IMG/VR virus record: IMGVR_UViG_3300030085_002643
Origin: an uncultured virus (IMG/VR IMGVR_UViG_3300030085_002643)
Taxonomy: Duplodnaviria > Heunggongvirae > Uroviricota > Caudoviricetes > Kyanoviridae
Length of the DNA stretch: 64,000 nucleotides
Strand: one strand, 5' to 3'
The translations under genes and the position numbers were made by a program. Under the pieces are notes generated by a model. That model was not told the DNA's origin. It ran no database searches and worked only from the letters and a program-made list of their open reading frames with translations. Shown here piece by piece: positions 29,583 through 37,253 of the stretch; the stretch's first letter is position 1; every line of letters begins with the position of its first letter.

Positions 29583-30509
29583 TTGCCCAACAAGCACCTT
29601 GAGCACCTTGAGGATCTAGTCTTCAGTGGTCGTAAGGAAGTGTTGGATGCTGTCTGGTCTGCACTCAACAAACCTAAACTGAGTGTCAAATGGGACGGTG
29701 CTCCTGCTATCGTATTCGGAACCAATCCTGCCAATGGCCAGTTCTTCGTCGGAACAAAATCCGTTTTCAATAAAGTCAAAGTCAAGATCTGTTATACTCA
29801 GGCGGATATTGACGAATATTACAAAGGCAACGTTGCGGACATTCTTCGCTTATGCCTTCGTCATCTTCCTCGTATCAGTGGAATTGTCCAAGCTGACTTC
29901 ATCGGTGTCGGCGGAGGTTCTGTTTATCGCCCTAACACTCTGGAGTATCGTTTCTCCAGTCCGATCGATCGTGATATTATCCTTGCTCCACACACTTCTT
30001 ATACCGAAGTTTCTCCGACTGCTGATGGGCGTGGCGGCGTCAATCTACTGTCTGCATTGGGCACTCACTTTGTAGGATATGAAGAGGCACATGCTTCTGT
30101 AACTAAGAATCCTCGATTCAATTGGATTCAGTTCTTGAGCAGATTGCCTAGGGTCAAAGTTCCTAGTGCAAAGGCACGTCCGTATATTCAGAAACATATC
30201 AATAAATTTTTCCGCACAGGAGTGGACATTCCTTCAGCAGAATTACTCTACTGTACGCTTCCTGATAAATATAAGTGTGAAGTCAACGTGACCACTTTTA
30301 AAGTATGGCATATGATCTTCCAACTGAAGCAAAATCTACTTAAGAGTATCTTTGTTGATGGAACTGTGAAATGCTACATAGATGGACAACCCTCAGAACA
30401 TGAAGGATTTGTCACTGTTTCAGATAACCCCTACAAAATTGTAGATAGACTGACTTTTAGTAAAGCAAACTTCAATCTTAGTAAAAATTGGACGAATGAA
30501 AAAATTTAG
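29583..30509 (+). CDS. Conserved cyanophage protein (DUF6267-like), putative ATP-dependent ligase-type nucleotidyltransferase
   Basis: MPNKHLEHLED; SVKWDG (KxDG), QADFIG, HEGFV, YKIVDR. Confidence 0.65.
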   Translation: MPNKHLEHLEDLVFSGRKEVLDAVWSALNKPKLSVKWDGAPAIVFGTNPANGQFFVGTKSVFNKVKVKICYTQADIDEYYKGNVADILRLCLRHLPRISGIVQADFIGVGGGSVYRPNTLEYRFSSPIDRDIILAPHTSYTEVSPTADGRGGVNLLSALGTHFVGYEEAHASVTKNPRFNWIQFLSRLPRVKVPSAKARPYIQKHINKFFRTGVDIPSAELLYCTLPDKYKCEVNVTTFKVWHMIFQLKQNLLKSIFVDGTVKCYIDGQPSEHEGFVTVSDNPYKIVDRLTFSKANFNLSKNWTNEKI

Positions 30510-31656
30510 TGCTTTCCTAACAGAAGCCCAAAGATCGTTTGCTGCTAAAGCAGCGGAAAAATTAAAACTCACTCATATTGGTTACGGTAGATACGCAGAC
30601 CCTTCGGGGAATGTAACCCATATGAGTAAGGATGGAAAGCTTGTAAAAGTTACAGCAAAAGACACGGAGGTACCTCAGCAAAATGGAGGAGAAGAAACTG
30701 AGGGAGGCGAAGGTAAGGTCGATCAAGGTGCAATATCTATTACATTTGGAAGATTTAATCCACCTACTGTTGGGCACGAGAAGCTTCTATCAAAAGTAGC
30801 AAAAGAGGCAAAATCCAGTGGAGGAGAGTATAGAATATACCCCTCAAGGTCGGAGGATCCTAAGAAGAATCCCCTTGACGCAGGGACTAAAATTAAATTT
30901 ATGCGGTTGGCATATCCAGATCACGCGAACGCAATTATCGATAATGATGATATGCGTACTATTTTTGATGTTCTCAGTGCCCTCGATGAAGACGGGTATA
31001 GTTCAGTTAATATTGTGGTGGGTGGTGACAGGGTGTCTGAGTTCAATTCACTCGCACAAAAATACAACGGAGACTTATATACATTCGACGAAATCAAAGT
31101 AACATCTGCAGGTGGACGTGATCCTGATGCTGAGGGTGTAGAAGGTATGTCAGCATCTAAGATGCGTAAAGCAGCAGTAGAAGATGACTTTGATTCTTTT
31201 GATAAGGGTATCCCTAAATCACTATCTAAAAAAGATAGAGAAGCATTGTATCTTACACTAAGACAGTCAATGCAAGTTCAAGAATCATTAGATGATTTTG
31301 CAGAGGCATCGTACTTTGTTTATGAGATTGCTCCTAAGTTAGATCCCATTGGTCTAAGAGAAGCATACTTTGACGGTGGTATGTTTGAAGTAGGCACCTT
31401 TGTTGAAAATATTAATACAGGTGTTGTTGGTAAGGTAGTTAGTCGTGGTGCTAATTACGTTATCTATGTTGATGAGTCGGATAACATCTTCCGTTCATGG
31501 TTAAAAGATTTAGTTGAAAGAAAGAATTCAGTATTCGGATTTGAGTTTACACCTGCTGGTGAAGTTGGAACAGATAAGATTGCATCTTATTATAGAAAAA
31601 TGACACCAGGTGAATTCATTCGTAAGATAAATAAAAAGGACAAGGTTACCAAGTAA
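30496..31656 (+). CDS. Cytidylyltransferase-like (HIGH-superfamily) nucleotidyltransferase
   Basis: FGRFNPPTVGH, KKNPL, VVGGDR, MSASKMR. Confidence 0.9.
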   Translation: MKKFSAFLTEAQRSFAAKAAEKLKLTHIGYGRYADPSGNVTHMSKDGKLVKVTAKDTEVPQQNGGEETEGGEGKVDQGAISITFGRFNPPTVGHEKLLSKVAKEAKSSGGEYRIYPSRSEDPKKNPLDAGTKIKFMRLAYPDHANAIIDNDDMRTIFDVLSALDEDGYSSVNIVVGGDRVSEFNSLAQKYNGDLYTFDEIKVTSAGGRDPDAEGVEGMSASKMRKAAVEDDFDSFDKGIPKSLSKKDREALYLTLRQSMQVQESLDDFAEASYFVYEIAPKLDPIGLREAYFDGGMFEVGTFVENINTGVVGKVVSRGANYVIYVDESDNIFRSWLKDLVERKNSVFGFEFTPAGEVGTDKIASYYRKMTPGEFIRKINKKDKVTK

Positions 31657-31657
31657 G

Positions 31658-33241
31658 ATGAATTTAAACGAATTACCTGACATGTCAGATGCACTCAAGC
31701 AAGTGCAGATGTATGAGAAAAAGAAATTAGATCCCGTTGGAAAAGAAGATGGGGATGTCGATAATGATGGCGACAAGGATTCATCTGACCAGTATCTTAT
31801 GAAGCGTCGTAAGGCAATTGCCAAAGCGATGAAGAAAGAACATCACCAAAAAGATGCTGACGGTAACATCATCGAGCATGATGGAGAAGAAGTAGAGGAG
31901 GCAGTCTACGGAGGGACGCCAAAAAAGTCTGAAGACAGTCGCATGACTGTCACTAACGCTGACAAGAAAGCAAACACTCCTGCCTATCAGAAATTCAAAG
32001 CAGGTGATAAGCGTTACAAAGCCGCTGATCACATGAAGGAAGAGGAAGAACTTGATGAAGCAATGAGTTCTTACGATCGCAACCGCAAGAGAGCGGCACA
32101 AAGAGCAGCAGCAAGAAACGCTGCCCGCGATGCTGGTAAGACTGGTGTAGTTCCTGGCGTTGGTTATGTAACTCCTAGAAGGGAGAAAGAGACGTACGTT
32201 GATTCTGCAGGCGTAACTCGTCACAAGTCAGGCGCTAAGAACGAAGCATTCTACTTCAGTGATGAAGAGATTGCTGACATGGTAGAAATTGATGAAGCAA
32301 CAGATCAAGAACTGATTGATTTCTTCGTTGAAGCGATTCATGAACTCGCTGTTGATGAAGAGGATCTCCTTGAAATCTGTGAGCACCTTGAGGGTGTTGA
32401 AGTTATCACTGAGGTAAGCGACAAGTATTACGATTCTGCTGTTAAATCTTCAAAGGCAGCAGCAAAAGCAAACCGTCCTTCTCGTGTTGAGCGTATGAAG
32501 TCTGCCGCTAAGAAGGCAGGTTCTATGGTCAAGAAAGGTGTTAAGGCAGTAGGCAAGAAAGCAGTTTCTACTGCTGGTAAAGTTGCTGGTGAGTTCTCTG
32601 CTGCTAAGGCAAAGCAGAAAGCAAAAGCAATGGCACGTCCCGAGAAGAAGAAAGAAACATCTAAGAGTGATGACGATGGTACAGGTGGTAAGTTAGATGC
32701 ACTGCTTGCAAAAACAAGAGGTAGCAGCAGTTCTTCCTCCTCTGATGGTGGCGGGGAAAGAGACGCAGGTTCTGAAGCAAGAGAGCGTCTTAAGTCTAAA
32801 TCATCTAGCAGCGGTTCTACCCGTAAGGCTGTTGGTGGTGCTCTGAAAGCAGTAGGTTCTCTCGTAAAGAAAGGACTGAAGAAAGCAGTTGGTAAGACCT
32901 CCCGTGCAATCTCCAAAGGTAGCGACAAACTCGCTAAGCGTTTGGGTGAAGACTATGATAAAATTGCACATCTCTATGAGTCTGGTCTGTTTAGTATCGA
33001 AGAGATCGAGAACGTAATTGAAGAGGGTTACAAACCCATCGACAAGAAAAAAGAAGCTGCAATGTATCGTAGAGCAGGTAACCTGAGTCGCGATGCACTT
33101 AGCAAAGGACTGTCTACTAAGGCAGGTTCTAAAGCACAGGATAAGTCTGGCAAGATCGTAAGCGCAATCTCTTCTCAGAAGGAGCGTGAGCGTTTTAGCA
33201 AGATGGCAGACATCAAAGCACGTTCTAACTATGGCGGTTGA
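31658..33241 (+). CDS. Hypothetical charged low-complexity protein, likely internal head protein
   Basis: Alternating acidic and Lys/Ala-rich blocks; LDPVGKEDGDVDNDGDKD; GATAAATA late-promoter-like element at 31626. Confidence 0.75.
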   Translation: MNLNELPDMSDALKQVQMYEKKKLDPVGKEDGDVDNDGDKDSSDQYLMKRRKAIAKAMKKEHHQKDADGNIIEHDGEEVEEAVYGGTPKKSEDSRMTVTNADKKANTPAYQKFKAGDKRYKAADHMKEEEELDEAMSSYDRNRKRAAQRAAARNAARDAGKTGVVPGVGYVTPRREKETYVDSAGVTRHKSGAKNEAFYFSDEEIADMVEIDEATDQELIDFFVEAIHELAVDEEDLLEICEHLEGVEVITEVSDKYYDSAVKSSKAAAKANRPSRVERMKSAAKKAGSMVKKGVKAVGKKAVSTAGKVAGEFSAAKAKQKAKAMARPEKKKETSKSDDDGTGGKLDALLAKTRGSSSSSSSDGGGERDAGSEARERLKSKSSSSGSTRKAVGGALKAVGSLVKKGLKKAVGKTSRAISKGSDKLAKRLGEDYDKIAHLYESGLFSIEEIENVIEEGYKPIDKKKEAAMYRRAGNLSRDALSKGLSTKAGSKAQDKSGKIVSAISSQKERERFSKMADIKARSNYGG

Positions 33242-33243
33242 TT

Positions 33244-33903
33244 ATGTTATCATTTAATGACTTACAAGAGAAAAAGACCAAGATTAAACTAAATCCTAAG
33301 AAGGATGATGTTATGGAGGGTAGTTGCGGATCCATGCCTAAGATGGCAAAGGGTGGTGCAATTACCGTCGATAAACTCAAAAACAATCACGGTGATGATT
33401 GCAACTGTAAGAAGTGCGAGAAAAAACGTCGCAGTGAAGACCTTGGTGATGAAACAACAGTATCTACGGAGGAAACAGCCTATGTCAGTCAAGAAGAAGT
33501 TTCAGAAGAAAGCACAAAAGAAAGCGATTCTGAAACGAACCTCTTGACCTTCAATCAATATTTTGATGAAGCAACTCGTCTCAAGAAAGAGAAGGGGTAC
33601 GATAAGGGTGGAACTAGGAAACCTTCTGGCAAACCATCTGCTATGGATTTTGTAAGAGCAGAAATTACCAAAAAGTATGGTAAGGGTGCTCTTATGGGCA
33701 GTGGTAGCAGACAAAAGAAAAAAGAGAAGGGTGCTAAGTCTGACGCTGGTACTGGAAAGTATAAGAGAGCAGCAGACGCTAAGAAGCAGACTGCTGCAGA
33801 TGCTAAGAAACGTGGTTTTAAATCAACTCAGAACTACGTTGACACCATGGCACGTTATGGTGGTAAAGACAACTATGACAAAGGTCGCGGTTTAGGATCA
33901 TGA
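33244..33903 (+). CDS. Hypothetical protein, likely internal head protein
   Basis: MLSFNDLQE N-terminus; HxxxCxCxxC cluster; basic C-terminus. Confidence 0.7.
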   Translation: MLSFNDLQEKKTKIKLNPKKDDVMEGSCGSMPKMAKGGAITVDKLKNNHGDDCNCKKCEKKRRSEDLGDETTVSTEETAYVSQEEVSEESTKESDSETNLLTFNQYFDEATRLKKEKGYDKGGTRKPSGKPSAMDFVRAEITKKYGKGALMGSGSRQKKKEKGAKSDAGTGKYKRAADAKKQTAADAKKRGFKSTQNYVDTMARYGGKDNYDKGRGLGS

Positions 33904-34109
33904 ACGAAGAACTCGCTCACCTGAAGAAAGAGAAAGAGTATAAAGAACGTGACGCTCGCATGAAATACGGCAAGCGTTACAAAGAAGTTATTTCCAATGC
34001 TAAAAAAGCAAAGGATAAACTTGCTCACGATACTAAAACCAAAGGTGTTCGTTTTTATGACTCCAAAGGTTCTGGTTACATGAAGGGTGGAGTAAAAAAA
34101 TACGATTGA
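33900..34109 (+). CDS. Small basic hypothetical protein
   Basis: Coupled ORF; KGVRFYD.KGSGY. Confidence 0.7.
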   Translation: MNEELAHLKKEKEYKERDARMKYGKRYKEVISNAKKAKDKLAHDTKTKGVRFYDSKGSGYMKGGVKKYD

Positions 34110-34146
34110 GCCTATATAGGGTAGACCCTATTTTAGGATAATAATC

Positions 34147-34353
34147 ATGTTAGCATTCTTACTTCCGTTTGCGAAGAAAATCGTTGCCGACGCAGTATCT
34201 AAGATTCCTGATGATGCTGAACTCGGTGAGAAACTCGTGGACATCTGCATCCTAGTCTTAGAAAAGGCAGTAAAGCTTACTAAGACGACCGCTGATGACG
34301 CTCTTTTAGAGGCAGTTAAAGGTGCCTTAGTAAATAGAGAAGAGTCCGCCTGA
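34147..34353 (+). CDS. Small amphipathic hypothetical protein
   Basis: AGGA Shine-Dalgarno; followed by a terminator. Confidence 0.75.
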   Translation: MLAFLLPFAKKIVADAVSKIPDDAELGEKLVDICILVLEKAVKLTKTTADDALLEAVKGALVNREESA

Positions 34354-34365
34354 GACGATTCTAGA

Positions 34366-34389
34366 GGGGTCTCAGAGACCCCAGTTTTT
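34366..34389 (+). terminator. Rho-independent terminator
   Basis: GGGGTCT/AGACCCC stem plus T run. Confidence 0.7.
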
Positions 34390-34396
34390 ATAAATA
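34389..34396 (+). promoter_or_regulatory. T4-type late promoter
   Basis: Exact TATAAATA. Confidence 0.8.
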
Positions 34397-34432
34397 ACTA
34401 CAGGCAAATATAGAAACTTTAGGAGCATAACC

Positions 34433-34999
34433 ATGCCATTATACGGTGTAACTGACGCTGATGAAAGCAAACCCAAGTGGGCTGTACGAGGTAGCGGTGT
34501 AGATCCCCAAAATATCTTTGCAACCGCTGATGGTTGGGTTCTTCGCCATTACAAAAACGCCGCTAAAACTGCATTCTGGGATGAAATTTTAGTCTCAGTT
34601 GATGGTCTTGTAGGTGCAGGTGGTCGTGGTACCAATACTATTGGTGCTGCAGATATCACTGCTGTATTCTTTGAAGAGACTGGTTATGCTGGTGGTGCAA
34701 CAGGAACTGTTGTTGTTATCTACAACGAACAGGTTAACGTCACTAATGGCGCAACCTTAGTTGTTAGAAATACAACTGATAGTGCCAACATCACTGCAAC
34801 TGCTGCTGCACAGACAGGTGTAAACCGTGTTGAGTTTACATTCACTGCTGCTGCAACTGGTAAAGCACATGCTATCCAAGCACAAACAATTTCTGGAACN
34901 NNNNNNNNNGGTGGCGCAACATCTGATAAGGCATTCGTTGCTGGTGACGTTGTAGGTGCTGGTGGATCTGGTTCTACTAAGACATTTACTGCAAGTTAA
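34433..34999 (+). CDS. Probable virion structural protein (contains N gap)
   Basis: Late promoter and AGGAG Shine-Dalgarno; Ala/Thr/Gly-rich beta composition. Confidence 0.7.
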   Translation: MPLYGVTDADESKPKWAVRGSGVDPQNIFATADGWVLRHYKNAAKTAFWDEILVSVDGLVGAGGRGTNTIGAADITAVFFEETGYAGGATGTVVVIYNEQVNVTNGATLVVRNTTDSANITATAAAQTGVNRVEFTFTAAATGKAHAIQAQTISGXXXXGGATSDKAFVAGDVVGAGGSGSTKTFTAS

Positions 35000-35002
35000 T
35001 AA

Positions 35003-35365
35003 ATGAAATTTGACGAACTGAATGAATCTAATTACATTCTGTTCGCCATAAAGCATTATGAAAACCCTCATTGCGTGACACGCGATGACTTTGATGAAGA
35101 CATGAAACGCTTCAAGTATCTGAAAAGACTCTTGAAGCGTTATGTACGCAGAGGTCCGTTAAGGATCCATCTCGTTATTAATCATATAATCATCTTATAT
35201 AATGTTTTTGGTGAAGCAGCTACTCCATTATTGTTCTTTAAATTAGAACGAGAGTATTGGAGTTTGATCAAAACTTTATTGATCTACTTGAATAAATATC
35301 CTATGGGTATGCTTCCTGAATTGGAAACAGATCCTGACTTAGAAGAAGAACTTTCAAAGGTATAA
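35003..35365 (+). CDS. Conserved T4-like hypothetical protein
   Basis: FAIKHYENP, FKYLKRLL, NHIIILYNVFG. Confidence 0.8.
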   Translation: MKFDELNESNYILFAIKHYENPHCVTRDDFDEDMKRFKYLKRLLKRYVRRGPLRIHLVINHIIILYNVFGEAATPLLFFKLEREYWSLIKTLLIYLNKYPMGMLPELETDPDLEEELSKV

Positions 35366-35368
35366 ACT

Positions 35369-35881
35369 ATGATGACAGCAGGGACTGGTGGATTTAGTGG
35401 TAGCGCAGATGCCAAAGGTCCTGTTGCGGGATTTGATCCTGTCATGAAGTTTAGAAAGAAAATTAAGAAAAAGAAAGTGGCAGAGTCTAAAGAAAATCCA
35501 ACCCAACCGTCAAGACTTTTCCAATATAAAGTAAATGTTCCTGAGGTTGGAGAAACAATTATTTACGCTAATTCCCCTGCAGAGTTGCAACGTAAACTTC
35601 GCATGGTAATTATGCCGCAGCACAGAAGTGACATTTCTATTGAGAGAGTCATGCCTGCTGCCGCTGGTCAATTCTTTATGAACAAACGCATGAAACATAT
35701 GCGTAATGTACAAGAGCAACAGGATGCTCAGATGAAGCAGCAACAAGCTCAGATGAAGATTGGTATTGAAAAGAAAAAAGTCATGCTTAAGAAGCAGGAA
35801 CTTCAAAAACAATTGCAAGCAAAAACTGCACAACTTAAGAAACAAGCAAGAGCTGGTGCGGAAATAGACGCTACAAGGTAA
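35369..35881 (+). CDS. Hypothetical protein with Gln/Lys-rich coiled coil
   Basis: GPVAGFDP motif; C-terminal coiled coil. Confidence 0.75.
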   Translation: MMTAGTGGFSGSADAKGPVAGFDPVMKFRKKIKKKKVAESKENPTQPSRLFQYKVNVPEVGETIIYANSPAELQRKLRMVIMPQHRSDISIERVMPAAAGQFFMNKRMKHMRNVQEQQDAQMKQQQAQMKIGIEKKKVMLKKQELQKQLQAKTAQLKKQARAGAEIDATR

Positions 35882-36270
35882 TGTCTGACATAAACACAGC
35901 AATACTAGAAAGATTAGAAAGGGTAGTTGACTCTCTACAGGAAAACTCTGTAAAGATGGGTCAACTTCTTGCTGTTCATAATGAGAAGTTGGATAAGCAA
36001 GACAAGGTTGATGAGGTCTTGTTTGAAAAGATTGATAGAATACATGATGACATCACACGAGAGACTGACGCAATCAAGAAAGGATGTGAGAGAGACATCC
36101 GTAAGATTGATGAAAGACTCAGAGTTATGGAGAAGAAGATGTGGACCATATTTGGCGGTCTCACTGTAATATCGTTTTTATTATCAGCACCAGGTCAGCA
36201 AATCCTGAGGCAGTTGACAACTTCACAAAATACTAGTATGATATCTGGAGAGATTACTAGGTCTACTTGA
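35881..36270 (+). CDS. Coiled-coil protein with C-terminal TM segment
   Basis: LAVHNEKL...RLRVMEKKMW plus a hydrophobic helix. Confidence 0.75.
   Translation: MSDINTAILERLERVVDSLQENSVKMGQLLAVHNEKLDKQDKVDEVLFEKIDRIHDDITRETDAIKKGCERDIRKIDERLRVMEKKMWTIFGGLTVISFLLSAPGQQILRQLTTSQNTSMISGEITRST
36214..36242 (+). promoter_or_regulatory. Sigma70-like promoter for primase/nrd operon
   Basis: TTGACA-17-TATGAT. Confidence 0.7.
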
Positions 36271-37253
36271 TCGATACTTTTTACGCGAACCTACTCTCTG
36301 CTCGTCTTGACAGATTCAAGCAGGTCAAGAACGGGACGTACAATTTCAGATGCCCTTACTGTGGTGACTCCCAGAAGCATAGGAATAAAGCACGAGGTTA
36401 CTTCTTCACAAAGAAGAGTGGTCTCGTTTTTAAGTGCCATAACTGTGGTGTAGGTAGATCGTTTGGTAACTTTCTAAAGGAACAAGCGAACGATCTCTAT
36501 GACGAATATGTCATGGAGAGATACAAAGCAGGTCTTACTGGCAAGGGAAGAAATGTAGCAGATCCTACCTTTGAATATAAAAAACCAAAGTTCAAGAAAA
36601 AAGGTGAACTGCAAAGTATTTCTGAGCTAAATAATGAGCACTTAGCAATAGCATACTTATTAGGACGTGGTATCCCTGAGAAACATTTCTCTGATCTATA
36701 CTATGTTGATGAGTTTTGCACATGGGTTAACACACAGAAACCGACTTTCCAAAATGTCAAAAAGGATCACCCAAGAATTATTATTCCTTTCATTGACACT
36801 GATGGCGAATGGTTTGGATTCCAAGGGAGGTCGTTAGATTTCGACGATAAACTTCGGTATATCACAGTCATGTTGGATGAAGATCGTATCAAAGTATATG
36901 GTCTTAACAAAGTAAATTTTGACAAGACTGTGTACATTACTGAAGGTCCCATTGATAGTCTCTTTATCGACAACGCAATTGCCATGGCAGGCGCTGATGT
37001 TGATTGGAAACTGATCGAAGGGAAGGAAGCAGTCTTTGTTTATGACAATGAAAAACGTAGCAAAGAAATTGTTAACCGCATGGAGAAAGTAATAGATAGA
37101 GGATACGAAATCGTAATTTGGCCAAGTAGTCTAGACGAGAAAGATCTCAATGATATGTTCTCTGCTGGACATGACGTTCAATCTCTGGTAGAATTTAACA
37201 CTTACCACGGACTAGAAGCAAAAATCAAACTCAGCGAATGGAAAAAGGTATGA
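36267..37253 (+). CDS. gp61: DNA primase gp61
   Basis: CPYCGDS...CHNC zinc finger, TEGPIDSLF, YDNE, KDLND. Confidence 0.97.
   Translation: MIDTFYANLLSARLDRFKQVKNGTYNFRCPYCGDSQKHRNKARGYFFTKKSGLVFKCHNCGVGRSFGNFLKEQANDLYDEYVMERYKAGLTGKGRNVADPTFEYKKPKFKKKGELQSISELNNEHLAIAYLLGRGIPEKHFSDLYYVDEFCTWVNTQKPTFQNVKKDHPRIIIPFIDTDGEWFGFQGRSLDFDDKLRYITVMLDEDRIKVYGLNKVNFDKTVYITEGPIDSLFIDNAIAMAGADVDWKLIEGKEAVFVYDNEKRSKEIVNRMEKVIDRGYEIVIWPSSLDEKDLNDMFSAGHDVQSLVEFNTYHGLEAKIKLSEWKKV

Noticed and set aside
31781..32928. Long minus-strand ORFs (also 6744-7226, 22371-22937, 46388-47275 and others)
   Set aside because: They are antisense shadows of well-supported plus-strand genes with no recognisable motifs
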